Notes: generated from the letters alone by a model not told the origin. Shown: positions 28,781-38,973, numbered from the stretch's first letter. The stretch is 46,479 bases of DNA from a virus (IMGVR_UViG_3300048565_000112:1-46479), one strand, 5' to 3'. Numbers and translations: made by a program.

Positions 28781-28820
28781 AGCGCCTGGCACCTTTATGG
28801 TGTCAGGCGCTTTTTTGTTT
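28781..28820 (+). terminator. intrinsic terminator in the leader of the lysis/morphogenesis operon
   Basis: AGCGCCTGGCACC-TTTAT-GGTGTCAGGCGCT followed by TTTTTGTTT. Confidence 0.7.
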
Positions 28821-28864
28821 CCAACCCTTGAGCGGAGCAGGGGAGATTTCAAAAGGAGTGCTCC

Positions 28865-29272
28865 ATGAAGCGCAATAGGTTCCTGGTTGTTCTTTTGCTC
28901 GTGAGCGTGATGGCGCTCGCGGTTGCCAGGCCAGTCCTGGCCCAGGGGGAGCAGCCGCCTGTCCCGACCTCGCCTGTCGAGCTGCCCATGCCGCTGCAGG
29001 CGCTGATCGCCTCGGGCATCGGCTTTCTGGTGACCGCTGGCCTCAAATCCCTCTCAACCCTGCTCAAGAGCGATATCAGCGGCTGGGGCTCGGTCATCAC
29101 AGGCGGGCTGACCACCAGCGTGATCTTCTTCTTCAACGCACTGCTGTCCACCGTGCCCGAAGCGGCCCAACCGTCCGTGGCCATTGCCCTGACCCTGCTG
29201 GTCTCGATCCTCTCCGCGTTTGGGATCGCCCGCACGGTCAAAGGCTTTCAGCCTGCCCCCAAGAGCGAGTAA
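28865..29272 (+). CDS. holin-like membrane protein with signal peptide
   Basis: Signal-like N-terminus (…PVLA/Q) plus about three hydrophobic segments; AAGGAG RBS. Confidence 0.6.
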   Translation: MKRNRFLVVLLLVSVMALAVARPVLAQGEQPPVPTSPVELPMPLQALIASGIGFLVTAGLKSLSTLLKSDISGWGSVITGGLTTSVIFFFNALLSTVPEAAQPSVAIALTLLVSILSAFGIARTVKGFQPAPKSE

Positions 29273-29274
29273 CC

Positions 29275-29640
29275 ATGCCCACCGTCCCCGTCAGCGTCTG
29301 GGAGCAGATCCCCGTCATTGTCTTGTTTGCCTTCCTCCTGGCAGGCATGGCCTGGTGGATGGTCAAAGCCTTCTCCAAAGCGGTGGCGGATATCAACGCG
29401 CATTACGCCTCGATCATCGATGCCAGCAACCAGCAGTGGCAGCGCTATTTCGATGCCAGGTCGGACGCCAATCGGCTGGTCAATCAGCAGGTGGTGGAAA
29501 AGCTGGAAAGCCTGACGGGCGTGATCGAGAAGCTGGACAACGATTTCGACAAGCACGACGCGATGGAACGCCAGGCCCTGGCCGATTACATCCCCGCGCG
29601 GATCGCGCCCTCCAGGCGCAGGAAGAACCCGAACGGGTGA
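29275..29640 (+). CDS. holin-like protein (single TM + coiled coil)
   Basis: N-terminal TM followed by heptad-rich helix and basic tail. Confidence 0.55.
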   Translation: MPTVPVSVWEQIPVIVLFAFLLAGMAWWMVKAFSKAVADINAHYASIIDASNQQWQRYFDARSDANRLVNQQVVEKLESLTGVIEKLDNDFDKHDAMERQALADYIPARIAPSRRRKNPNG

Positions 29641-29647
29641 GGCTGCC

Positions 29648-30466
29648 ATGACCCTCCGAAAAATGCGCAGGCTTTTCGATGTTCAGGATGCCGATCAGAA
29701 CGACACCGACCAGATCGGCTTGTGCTGGACACCGCAGGTTGGAAATTGCTCGGGCGTCACCAACTGGATCGAGCTCGGGCAGCCCGAGATCGATCTGATC
29801 AAACGGCTGAACCCTGGCGACAGCGTAGCCACACTGGAAGAGAAGATCCACTGGGCCGTGTGGGAACGGATCGGTGGACTGTACTATGCTGCAGACCGCA
29901 CCCGCCCGCCCTGGCGCTGGCCCTCCATTGTGATGGGTTCCAAGTCGGATCGAGCGGGCGAGTTCAACCAGGTCAACGTGCTGGCGGTCGAGAGGGGCTA
30001 CCACAAGATCGAGACCATCCCCATCCTGCCCAATTACGACCACATCCGCCTGGCGACCCATCCGCACCTGATCCACCGCGTGTACGTGACCAACGTGCGC
30101 GGCATCACCTATGACACACCCAAAGGCGCGTTCTACATGCCCATTTTCTCGCCCATCAACCGTCGCCATGCCAGGGGCAACGTCAGCGGCATGTGGCTGC
30201 GCGGCAAGTATGTGGGCGATATCGTGACCACAGTTGAACCTCCCCCCGTGGAACCGCCTGCCGAACCCCCGCCATTCGTCTATCCATACGCGATAGAGGT
30301 GCTTCGACGCTCTGTCGTCAGGCAGAGACCCAACGCCAGCAGCGCCAAGATCGAGCCTGTGGCCGAGCCTGGCTGGCTGTGCCTGGTGTACGCCGAGATC
30401 AACGGCTGGGGCGACATCGGGGGCGGCCAAAAATGGATCTGGCTGCAGGACACGAGAAGGTTGTAG
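29648..30466 (+). CDS. putative lysin/cell-envelope protein with C-terminal SH3b-like domain
   Basis: Pro-rich linker (VEPPPVEPPAEPPP) then VVRQRPN...YAEINGWGDI...KWI; N-terminal domain unrecognised. Confidence 0.55.
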   Translation: MTLRKMRRLFDVQDADQNDTDQIGLCWTPQVGNCSGVTNWIELGQPEIDLIKRLNPGDSVATLEEKIHWAVWERIGGLYYAADRTRPPWRWPSIVMGSKSDRAGEFNQVNVLAVERGYHKIETIPILPNYDHIRLATHPHLIHRVYVTNVRGITYDTPKGAFYMPIFSPINRRHARGNVSGMWLRGKYVGDIVTTVEPPPVEPPAEPPPFVYPYAIEVLRRSVVRQRPNASSAKIEPVAEPGWLCLVYAEINGWGDIGGGQKWIWLQDTRRL

Positions 30467-30472
30467 GCGCGC

Positions 30473-32101
30473 ATGTTGCCATCCTCCAGTGCGCAACTCT
30501 CGCCCCGCGAGGCGAAACGCGAAACGGACCGTCGCAGGCTGGCGCGGGCCAGGTTCCTGTATTTCAACAGGTATGTGGACTCGAAGTTCGAGTCGCCTGC
30601 CCACATGGAACTGATCGCCGAGAAACTCGAACAGGTCGAGAAGTATCTGCGCACAGGCGGCAGGGAGGGCATCGGGCGGCTGATGATCCTGCTGCCCCCC
30701 AGGCATGGCAAGAGCGAGATGGCCAGTCGCAAGTTCCCCGCCTGGGTGCTCGGGCGCCTGCCCGACACGCGCATCATCATGGCCTCGTATGGCGCGGACC
30801 TGGCCAGCAAGAACAGCCGCGCGGTGCGCGACCTGATCGAAGGCAAACGCTACCAGGCCCTGTTCGGAGGCCTGTCCTCGAAGGGCGAGCCCGTGGAACT
30901 CTCGAGCGATTCCCGCTCGGTGTCCGCCTGGGACCTGGCCCAGCCGCATCGGGGCGGGGTGGTGGCCGCGGGCGTGGGCGGCGGCATCACAGGTCTGGGC
31001 GCAGACCTGCTGATCCTGGACGATCTGTTCAAGAACCGCGAGGAGGCCGAATCCGAGTCGCGGCGCGAGCTGGTGGACGATTGGTACAAGTCCAGCGCGT
31101 ATACCCGCCTCGAGAAGGAATACTCGGCCATCATCCTGTTCTTCACGCACTGGCACCCCGATGACCTGGTGGGGCGCATGTTGAAGCGCATGGTGGAAGA
31201 CCCGATGGCTGATCAGTGGGAGGTCGTGGATCTGCCTGCCCTGTCGCGGGCGGAGTGTTATGCCAGCAGTCCTGAGGAGCAGCGCCAGAAGATGCGCGAT
31301 GGCGTGTACCTGCCGCTCGCGGACCCGATCGGCAGGAGACACGATGGCGCGGCCCTGTGGCCCACACGATTCGGCCAGGAATGGCTGGTGGCCAAGGAAG
31401 CCAACATCGGCAAGTACGACTTTGCAGCTTTGTATCAGCAAATGCCCTACCTACGTGAAGGCGGCCTGTTCAAACGTGAGTGGTTCACCATCGTGGATCG
31501 TGGTCCTGCTGATGAAGTCGTCACGCGCAGGATCGATGGCATCCGCGTCAACGCGCGCGTGATGGCCTGGGACAAGGCTGCCACGCCAGGCGGTGGGGCG
31601 CGCTCTTCGGGCGTGTTGATGTGCAAGGGCAAGGACGGTTTCTATTACGTCGAGCACGTAGCCAAGGGACAGTGGTCATCCTATCAGCGCGAACAGAAGA
31701 TGGTGGATCTGGGTCAGCAGTTCTACAAGGAACTCGGACCGTTCCTCATTCGCCATCCGCAGGACCCAGGCAGCGCGGGCGTGGACAGCGCCTCGGTCAC
31801 CAACATCAACCTGGCCGAGGCAGGCCTCGAAGGGCATGCCCGACCCGTGAGCGGCGAGAAGGAAGTGCGCGCACATCCCTACTCCACCGCGGCAGAAGCG
31901 GGCAGGGTGCGCCTGGTGCGCGGAGGCTGGAACGACGACTACCTGGACGAGCTGGCCTCCTTCCCGAAGGGCACCTTCAAAGACCAGGTGGACGCCAGTT
32001 CGGATGCCTTCAACGGGATCATCGAGATCGTCAACGAGCCCGAGATCCCCGAGGATGAGATCGTGACCTATGAGGAGCGAGTGAGCATCTCGCCTGTATA
32101 G
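30473..32101 (+). CDS. terL: Terminase large subunit
   Basis: PPRHGKS, GGGITG, LILDD, THWH.DDLVG, ALYQQ.P, AWDKA, DQVDA. Confidence 0.93.
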   Translation: MLPSSSAQLSPREAKRETDRRRLARARFLYFNRYVDSKFESPAHMELIAEKLEQVEKYLRTGGREGIGRLMILLPPRHGKSEMASRKFPAWVLGRLPDTRIIMASYGADLASKNSRAVRDLIEGKRYQALFGGLSSKGEPVELSSDSRSVSAWDLAQPHRGGVVAAGVGGGITGLGADLLILDDLFKNREEAESESRRELVDDWYKSSAYTRLEKEYSAIILFFTHWHPDDLVGRMLKRMVEDPMADQWEVVDLPALSRAECYASSPEEQRQKMRDGVYLPLADPIGRRHDGAALWPTRFGQEWLVAKEANIGKYDFAALYQQMPYLREGGLFKREWFTIVDRGPADEVVTRRIDGIRVNARVMAWDKAATPGGGARSSGVLMCKGKDGFYYVEHVAKGQWSSYQREQKMVDLGQQFYKELGPFLIRHPQDPGSAGVDSASVTNINLAEAGLEGHARPVSGEKEVRAHPYSTAAEAGRVRLVRGGWNDDYLDELASFPKGTFKDQVDASSDAFNGIIEIVNEPEIPEDEIVTYEERVSISPV

Positions 32102-32103
32102 CC

Positions 32104-33753
32104 ATGCGGATCTCCTTCTTCCAACGTCCCGACAAACTGGACCAGGCTCTGCGCGATAACGAGAGCCTGCGTCAGACTGTGAATTCCCTGGAGAACAACC
32201 AGGAGTTGTTGCAGGAGAACCTGGTGCAGCTGGAACTGGCGCTCGAGGATGCCAACTGGATGCGCTTGATGCTGGCGGGCGAGCATGAGTTTAGCCGAGA
32301 CGGGATCAAGCGCATTGCAGAACTGGCGCGCACGATGGTCCTCAAGAACCCGCTGATCAAACGCCAGGTGATGGTGCAGGCTTTGTATGTTTGGAGTCAG
32401 GGTGTCACCATCCGCTCGAAGAACAAAGTGATCAACCAGGTGCTGCAGGACTTCTGGGACGATGAGAAGAACCGCTCGGAACTGACCAGCCACCAGGCCT
32501 TGATGTTGAAGGAGATCGACCTGCAGGCGGAAGGCAACCTGTTTTTTGTGTTCTTCACGCGCCCGACGGATGGACGGGTTCGGGTGCGCACCATCCCGCC
32601 CGATGAGATCGTGGATGTGATCTGCGACCCGCAGGATGCCAGGTCGCCCTGGTACTACAAGCGCACGTGGACTGAGAAGCAGATCAACCCCGAGTCGGGT
32701 CGCACCCGAAGCACGCGCAAGACCGCCTACTACCCAGACTGGCGCTACCACCCGAATGCTCAGCTGTCCGCCATCGGTGGCCAGCCTGTGCAATGGGACG
32801 CGCCGATCTATCACGTCAAGACGGGCGGGCTGGCAGGCTGGAAGTTTGGGCTGAGCGAGGTGTACGCCAGCATCGACTGGGCGCGCGCCTATAAGGATTT
32901 TCTCGAAGACGTGGCCAGCCTGATGCGCTCCTACAGCCGCTTCGCCTGGAACCTGAAATTCAAGGGCGGCAAGAAGACGATGGAGGCAGCCAAGTCCAAG
33001 CTGAACAGCACGTTGGGTGATGCGGGCACGGGATCGGAGAGCAACCCTGCACCGGTGGCAGGCTCGACCTTCCTGGGCTCGGACCTGTACGACCTGCAGC
33101 CCATGAACATCCGCGGCGCGAGCATCTCGCCTGATGACGGGCGCAGGCTGTTGTTGATGGTGGCATCCTCGGCTGGGTTGCCCGAGACCTACTTTGGCGA
33201 TGTCAGCGTGGGCACGCTGGCCACCGCCAAGACCATGGACCGCCCGACCGAATTGGCCATGCGCAATCGCCAGATGACGTGGACGGACATCCTGCGCGAC
33301 ATCCTGACCTTCGTGATCTTGCAGGCCTTGAAAGCCAGCGCAGATAACGAGATCCAAAAGCTGGGGAGCATCCAGCGCATCGCAGACGGGGACGAAACGG
33401 AGGAGAAGATCGTGTGGGGGCAGGAGATCCAGGCCCTGCTCGACATCGACTTCCCGCCCATCCTGGAACGCGACGTGCAGACCGCAGTGCAGTCGATTGT
33501 CACGGCAGCCACGCTCAACGGCCAGGACCTGGGCATCTTCAACGAACCGACCGTGGCGCGCTTGTTGCTTACCGCCCTGGCGCAGGATGACGTGGACGAG
33601 ATCATGACGGAGTTGTATCCCGACGAGACCGTCAATGTTTCGCGCCCCGACACCGCTCCCAGTGAGGCCCACCTGACCGCAGCCTTCGTGAAGGCAGTCG
33701 AGGCGGTGGTTCAGGCTCTGGATAAGAAAGGAGTGATTCATGTTGCTGGATGA
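32104..33753 (+). CDS. Portal protein
   Basis: 549 aa directly after TerL; portal-like size and pattern. Confidence 0.8.
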   Translation: MRISFFQRPDKLDQALRDNESLRQTVNSLENNQELLQENLVQLELALEDANWMRLMLAGEHEFSRDGIKRIAELARTMVLKNPLIKRQVMVQALYVWSQGVTIRSKNKVINQVLQDFWDDEKNRSELTSHQALMLKEIDLQAEGNLFFVFFTRPTDGRVRVRTIPPDEIVDVICDPQDARSPWYYKRTWTEKQINPESGRTRSTRKTAYYPDWRYHPNAQLSAIGGQPVQWDAPIYHVKTGGLAGWKFGLSEVYASIDWARAYKDFLEDVASLMRSYSRFAWNLKFKGGKKTMEAAKSKLNSTLGDAGTGSESNPAPVAGSTFLGSDLYDLQPMNIRGASISPDDGRRLLLMVASSAGLPETYFGDVSVGTLATAKTMDRPTELAMRNRQMTWTDILRDILTFVILQALKASADNEIQKLGSIQRIADGDETEEKIVWGQEIQALLDIDFPPILERDVQTAVQSIVTAATLNGQDLGIFNEPTVARLLLTALAQDDVDEIMTELYPDETVNVSRPDTAPSEAHLTAAFVKAVEAVVQALDKKGVIHVAG

Positions 33754-34603
33754 TCCCCAACTCAGAGAGGCCCTGCAAGATCTCGACGAGGCCTCGCGCA
33801 AGGCTGGCTTCCGCAGGCAGAGCGAGCGCCTGGCCAAGCGGCTCGAGCAGGAGATGCAGAAAGCCTTTCGCGAGCAGGGCAGGTTGTTTGTGAGCAGCCT
33901 GCGCACGCAGCTGCGGCGCTTCTTTGCCGAAGGCTTCGAAGGCCATGCAGCCTTCCTGACCGCAGCGCTCAACGAATCCCTGCTGCCTGGCGACTGGCTG
34001 CCGATGTGGATCGAGGTCTCGCAGCGCACGATCAAGATGTTCACGAAACCCATCGAGGCTGCGGCCCGAGTCTCCATGGAGTTGGGCGCGCGCTCCACGA
34101 TCTCTGCCCTGGATATGAAGCTGTCCTTTGACCTCTCGAACCCACGCGCGGTGAGCTACCTGCAGGAGTACGGCGCGCGCCAGGTGACGCACATCAACGA
34201 GACTACGCGCGAGTACATCCAGACCCTGATCACTCAGGCCGTGGACGAAGGCTGGTCCACCCAGCGTACTGCGGAGGCCTTGATCGAGCGCTTCCAGGAA
34301 TTTGCCATTGGCCAGCCGCAGAACCATATCGACAGCCGCGCGCACCTGATCGCGGTGACCGAGACAGGCAATGCCTATGCCCAGGGCAATCTGCTGGTGG
34401 CCCAGGAACTCAAAGCCGCGGGCCTGGAGATGCAGAAAGCCTGGAGCACGGTAGGCGACGACAAGGTCACGCAAGGCTGCCTGGAGAATGAGGCCACAGG
34501 CTGGATCGAAGTCGACCAGGCTTTTCCCAGCGGGCACCAGCGACCACTGCGTTTCCCTGGCTGCCGCTGCGATATGAAGTTTCGAGTGAAGAAGGAGCAA
34601 TAG
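33740..34603 (+). CDS. Head morphogenesis protein (Mu gpF / SPP1 gp7-like)
   Basis: INETTR, RAHLIAVTETGNA, KAW...DDKV...C, PGCRC. Confidence 0.85.
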   Translation: MLLDDPQLREALQDLDEASRKAGFRRQSERLAKRLEQEMQKAFREQGRLFVSSLRTQLRRFFAEGFEGHAAFLTAALNESLLPGDWLPMWIEVSQRTIKMFTKPIEAAARVSMELGARSTISALDMKLSFDLSNPRAVSYLQEYGARQVTHINETTREYIQTLITQAVDEGWSTQRTAEALIERFQEFAIGQPQNHIDSRAHLIAVTETGNAYAQGNLLVAQELKAAGLEMQKAWSTVGDDKVTQGCLENEATGWIEVDQAFPSGHQRPLRFPGCRCDMKFRVKKEQ

Positions 34604-34605
34604 CG

Positions 34606-35682
34606 ATGGAAGAGAACACAACCGACCTGAATCTGGACGAACTGGGCGAGGGCAGTCTGTTCATGCCATTGGTCGAGAAGGCCGTGAGGCGGGACGGGAC
34701 CATCCCGATCAAGATCATCCAGCCTGGCTGGGGCTCGAGTGGCTATTACCCCGCGGATGTGCTCGAGCGCGATGGCCCGAAGATCTTTCCCAAGGGCATG
34801 CACATGTATTGGAACCATCCCACCCCGAGCGAGGAGGCCGAGCGGCCCGAGCGCAGTCTCAATGACCTGGCCGCTGTGCTTTCAAGTCACCCTCGTTGGG
34901 ATCCCAATGGCCCGAAAGGTCCTGGCCTGTATGCAGACGCCAAGGTCTTCGAGAACTACGAGGGTGCGGTGGACAGCATGGCCGAGCATATCGGCGTGAG
35001 CATCCGCGCGATGGGCAAGGCCCAGAAGGGCACGGTGGAAGGGCGCAGCGGCCCGATCATCACCGAGCTCACCGCAGGGCGCAGCGTGGACTTCGTCACG
35101 GCACCTGGTGCGGGTGGCGAGATCCTGGCTTTGTTTGAAGCAGCGCGGCAGGTCCGCACTGAGCAAGATCCTGACGCAGGGACGGTCCCTGCGCCAGCAG
35201 CCACGAGCGGCGTGGCGACAACTGAATCCGATACGGAGGATCCAATGAAACTTGAAGAACTGCAAGAAGCGGTCACCACGCTGCAGAAGCAAAACGGAGA
35301 CCTGACCGCCACCAACGCGCGCCTGGTGGAACGCATGGCCATGCGCGATGCGCGTGAGCTGGTGCAGGAAGCCTTGAGCGGCCTGCAACTGCCACAGGCC
35401 ACCCGAACCCGCCTGGTTCGCACTTTGCCTGCGCAGGCCGTGATCCAGGAAGGGGTGCTGGATCGCGAGGCCTTTGGCAAGATCATCAAGGAGGCGATCC
35501 AGGCCGAGGTGCAGTACCTGACCGACACGCTCGGGCTGGGCAGCATCAAAGGCCTGGGCGAAGCAGCCAATGACAAAGAAGATGCCGAACCCGAGAACGT
35601 GGAAGAGGCCCTGGCTGAATCCTTCGCTGCGATGGGGTTGAGCGAATCGGCTGCCCGCATTGCGGCGCAAGGCCGCAGGTAA
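34606..35682 (+). CDS. Prohead protease / scaffold
   Basis: MYWNH, IGVSI, SVDFVTAPGAGG, followed by a coiled-coil scaffold region. Confidence 0.8.
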   Translation: MEENTTDLNLDELGEGSLFMPLVEKAVRRDGTIPIKIIQPGWGSSGYYPADVLERDGPKIFPKGMHMYWNHPTPSEEAERPERSLNDLAAVLSSHPRWDPNGPKGPGLYADAKVFENYEGAVDSMAEHIGVSIRAMGKAQKGTVEGRSGPIITELTAGRSVDFVTAPGAGGEILALFEAARQVRTEQDPDAGTVPAPAATSGVATTESDTEDPMKLEELQEAVTTLQKQNGDLTATNARLVERMAMRDARELVQEALSGLQLPQATRTRLVRTLPAQAVIQEGVLDREAFGKIIKEAIQAEVQYLTDTLGLGSIKGLGEAANDKEDAEPENVEEALAESFAAMGLSESAARIAAQGRR

Positions 35683-35696
35683 CAAGAGAGGTAATC

Positions 35697-36056
35697 ATGG
35701 CGAAGAACCTGAAATACAAAGACCTGGATGGCCTGCGCATACAGTGCAGCCACCCAACCACCCCAGCCTCGGGCGATCCCGTGCGCTACGGAGAGATGAC
35801 GGGCGTGGCGCTCGTCGATGAAGACGCCACGGGATACACCCAGGTTGACTTCAAGGCAGGCCGTGTCTGGAGCCTGTCCGTGAAGGCCGTGGACGGAGTA
35901 GGCAATTCGGAAGTGGCCCTGGGCGACAAACTCTTCTATGTCGATGCGGATACGCCCGTGCTGAGCAAGAAGAACACGGGGAGCTTCTTCGGGTATGCGC
36001 TCGGGACCATCACGGCTGGATCCACTGCAATCATCGATGTGGCCAAGGCGCTCTAG
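35697..36056 (+). CDS. Capsid decoration/cement protein (DUF2190-like)
   Basis: MAKN..., SGDPV..G...GVAL, FFGYAL; precedes the major capsid gene. Confidence 0.75.
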   Translation: MAKNLKYKDLDGLRIQCSHPTTPASGDPVRYGEMTGVALVDEDATGYTQVDFKAGRVWSLSVKAVDGVGNSEVALGDKLFYVDADTPVLSKKNTGSFFGYALGTITAGSTAIIDVAKAL

Positions 36057-36080
36057 CCCACCACACAAAGAGAGGTAACC

Positions 36081-37247
36081 ATGGAAATGCTCGAATTGCT
36101 CGACACCATGCGCGCAGAAGAAGCCAGCGTGCAACGGTTATTCGGTACAGAAGGTCAGGGCGCGCGTTCCCGTCTGCGTGGCCCAAGGTATAGGACCCGA
36201 TTGGTGGAGGCCACCCGTCTGATGGCCGATGTGTACAACGGCAGACGCGGGATGCATGTGCTGCGCGAGGCCATGACCACCAGCGACTTCCCGCTCCTCT
36301 TCGGCGACATCGTCGACCGCCAGATCCTGGCCTCGTATCGCGAAGCGCCCTACAACTGGAACCGCATCGCCAAACGCAGCCGCGTGCGCGACTTCCGCGC
36401 GGTGAAACGCTTCGGCGTGTATGGCGCGGACCAGGTCCTGCCTGCCATCATAGGCGAGAAGGGTGAGTATCCCTACGAGAAGATCAACGAAGAATCTCCT
36501 TATTCGCTGGCGGTGGCCAAGTATGGTCGCAAGCTGAAGTTCTCCTGGGAGGCGATGGTCAACGATGACATGGACCTGTTGAAGGATGGCCCCGACCGCC
36601 TGGGTCGAGCCGCGCGACGTTCCGAGGAAAAGTTCGTGACGCAGCTGTACGTGGATGCCAACGGTCCGCATGCCTCGTTCTATAACGCAGGCAATGGCAA
36701 CCTCCTGGCGGGTAACCCTGCCTTGTCGATTGCATCCTTGCAGACTGCGCTCGAGCAGCTCTCGACCATGACCGACCAGATGGGCGAACCCATCGTGATC
36801 GACATGGTGGAACTGCGCATCCCACCTGCCCTGGAGGTGACCACGCTCAATATCGTTAATGGCTTGCAACTCGAACTGACCGAAAAAGGTGGGACCGACA
36901 AGCGAAAACTGATAAGCAGCAACTGGATGAAGACGCGCTTTAACATCAGTGTCGATTACTACATGCCGATTGTGGCCAGCAGCGCCAACGGCTCGACCAG
37001 CTGGTTCCTGTTTGCCAACCCAGACAGCGGGCGTCCCGCGATTGAAGTGGGCTTCCTGACGGGGCACGAGGAACCCGAGATCTTCATGAAATCCCCGAAT
37101 GCTCTACGTGTAGGTGGTGGCGATGTGGACGTGATGAACGGCGACTTTGACAACGACGCCATCGAGTACAAGCTGCGGCATGTGTTTGGTGGGACCCGCG
37201 AGGATCCCAAGATGACCGTGGCCAGCAACGGCAGCGGCACCCCGTAA
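36081..37247 (+). CDS. Major capsid protein (Mu gpT-like)
   Basis: TTSDFPLL, V.DFR, KYGR...SWEAMVNDD, WFLFA, YKLRHVFG. Confidence 0.88.
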   Translation: MEMLELLDTMRAEEASVQRLFGTEGQGARSRLRGPRYRTRLVEATRLMADVYNGRRGMHVLREAMTTSDFPLLFGDIVDRQILASYREAPYNWNRIAKRSRVRDFRAVKRFGVYGADQVLPAIIGEKGEYPYEKINEESPYSLAVAKYGRKLKFSWEAMVNDDMDLLKDGPDRLGRAARRSEEKFVTQLYVDANGPHASFYNAGNGNLLAGNPALSIASLQTALEQLSTMTDQMGEPIVIDMVELRIPPALEVTTLNIVNGLQLELTEKGGTDKRKLISSNWMKTRFNISVDYYMPIVASSANGSTSWFLFANPDSGRPAIEVGFLTGHEEPEIFMKSPNALRVGGGDVDVMNGDFDNDAIEYKLRHVFGGTREDPKMTVASNGSGTP

Positions 37248-37254
37248 TGATTGA

Positions 37255-37280
37255 GGCTGGGAGGGGCAACCCTCCCAGCC
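37255..37280 (+). terminator. hairpin after the capsid gene
   Basis: GGCTGGGAGGG-GCAA-CCCTCCCAGCC; no U tract, so it may be a stabiliser or pause hairpin. Confidence 0.5.
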
Positions 37281-37291
37281 ATGGAGATCTG

Positions 37292-37678
37292 ATGAGCTTT
37301 ACCTATGACCCCGCGACCGAGATCGGCAAGGTGCGCATGTTAATCCCAGATCGGGACTCGCAGCACTATGTCTTTCAGGACGAAGAGATCCAGGTCTTCC
37401 TAGAACTGAACGCTTCCTCCCTGAGGTGTGCGGCAGCCGAGGCGCTGGAGACCATCGCCAGCGATACCGCGATGGTCTTGAAGGTCATCTCCATCCTGGA
37501 CCTGACCACCAACGGCGCGGCCACAGCCAATGCGTTGATGGCCCGTGCCGCGACCCTGCGCGCGAGCGCGGATCAGTCTGAGGAAGAGGAGGAAGCCCTG
37601 TTCGATTGGGCAGAGACCACCGAGACCGTCTTCCAGCAACGAGAGCGACTCTGGAAACAAGGCTTGAGATCTCGATGA
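37292..37678 (+). CDS. Head-tail connector
   Basis: MSFTYD...VRMLIPD...FQDEEI; position after the capsid gene. Confidence 0.75.
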   Translation: MSFTYDPATEIGKVRMLIPDRDSQHYVFQDEEIQVFLELNASSLRCAAAEALETIASDTAMVLKVISILDLTTNGAATANALMARAATLRASADQSEEEEEALFDWAETTETVFQQRERLWKQGLRSR

Positions 37679-38037
37679 GCAGACTGGTCCATCCCCGCAT
37701 GATGCAGAGCCTGACGCGCGATTTCTTCCCGCAGCGCTGCGCGCTGAAGGAACCGATTAAGACCCCCGACGCGGCGGGCGAAGAGTTGCGCACGTATGCC
37801 CTCCACCAGGGCTGTGAGGCCATCCCGTGCCGGGTAGGCCCAGCAGGCGGGGGTGAGCGACGAACGGATCGCTATGCCTATCTGGACGCCACACACCGCA
37901 TCGTGCTCTCGGGCATGTTTCCTTTCGTGACCGAGCAATGGATCGCCGAGGTGAACGGGCAGGCCTACGAGATCCTGCTGGTGACGGGCGACGGGGAAGG
38001 CGCAATGACGCGCCTGGAGACGAGGATCATTCGATGA
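37675..38037 (+). CDS. Head closure/adaptor protein
   Basis: ATGA overlap with the previous gene; beta-rich, THRIVL...YEIL. Confidence 0.7.
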   Translation: MSRLVHPRMMQSLTRDFFPQRCALKEPIKTPDAAGEELRTYALHQGCEAIPCRVGPAGGGERRTDRYAYLDATHRIVLSGMFPFVTEQWIAEVNGQAYEILLVTGDGEGAMTRLETRIIR

Positions 38038-38585
38038 CCGAAGAGATCGTGATCGGCAAGGAAGCATTGGTGCGCAAGTTCAAAGGCCTGAGCGACGTGG
38101 CGCAAGGAAGCACGCTGGCCAACACCGTGCGCGTGGGTGGCCTGGTGATCCTGAACGCGGCCAGGGACAACATCAAGAAGCAGGGTCTGATCCAAACCCG
38201 AACCTTGAGCCGCTCCTTGCACGAAGAGGTCACGATGCAAGGCAAGCACGTGGCCGTGGATGAGATCGGCACCGATCTGGAGTATGCAGCCATCCACGAG
38301 TTCGGTGGAGTGATCCATCCCAGGACCGCCAAGTACCTGGCCATCCCTGTGGGCGACTACACGGGCAGCCCGAGCAAGTATCCAGGCTTGAAGCTGCGCA
38401 AGACGAAGAATGGCAACCTGGTGCTGGTCTCTGCTTCAGGCCAGGTGCAGTATGTACTCAAGAGCAGCGTGGAGATCCCAGCGAGACCTTATCTGCGGCC
38501 TGCCCTCGATGAGCATCAGGAAGAAGCCCTGCAGGAGATGGGTGAGGCCTTTGCAACGCTGGTGACGAAAGCAGCCGAAGCATGA
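38034..38585 (+). CDS. Virion morphogenesis / HK97 gp10-like neck protein
   Basis: TRTLSRS, EYAAIHEFGG, IPARPYLRPA. Confidence 0.8.
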   Translation: MTEEIVIGKEALVRKFKGLSDVAQGSTLANTVRVGGLVILNAARDNIKKQGLIQTRTLSRSLHEEVTMQGKHVAVDEIGTDLEYAAIHEFGGVIHPRTAKYLAIPVGDYTGSPSKYPGLKLRKTKNGNLVLVSASGQVQYVLKSSVEIPARPYLRPALDEHQEEALQEMGEAFATLVTKAAEA

Positions 38586-38965
38586 CGACCTTCGTGGAAG
38601 ACCTGCTGACCTTCCTGAGCGACCAGGCCACGGACGCGGCCAATCGCATCTATCCCCAGACTTTGCCTCAGGGCGTGATGCTGCCTGCCGTGCGCTACTT
38701 CCAGGTCAGCGACCCACCCGAGCACACCCATAGCGGGCGCAGCAGCCTGCGCCATCCACGCTTCCAGTTGGATTGCTTCGGCGAAACCTACCTGGCCTCG
38801 AAACGCCTGGCGGACCAGGTGATCGTTGCCCTGGACGGGTATCGCGGCGCGCTGGGGTCCAGGACTTGTTATGCAGGCCTCCAGAAGAACGCGCTGGACA
38901 ACTATGACCCCGAATTGAACCGACACTGGATCTCGGTGGATATCGAGATCTGGCACAAGGAATAG
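38582..38965 (+). CDS. Tail completion/terminator (DUF3168-like)
   Basis: RIYP..LPQ...PAV.Y, RFQLDC. Confidence 0.75.
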   Translation: MTTFVEDLLTFLSDQATDAANRIYPQTLPQGVMLPAVRYFQVSDPPEHTHSGRSSLRHPRFQLDCFGETYLASKRLADQVIVALDGYRGALGSRTCYAGLQKNALDNYDPELNRHWISVDIEIWHKE

Positions 38966-38973
38966 GAGACGCC

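Noticed and set aside
29480-36134. Long minus-strand ORFs (e.g. 29480-31441, 32068-34098, 34956-36134; also 13597-14952)
   Set aside because: Shadows of GC-rich plus-strand phage genes; no recognisable motifs.
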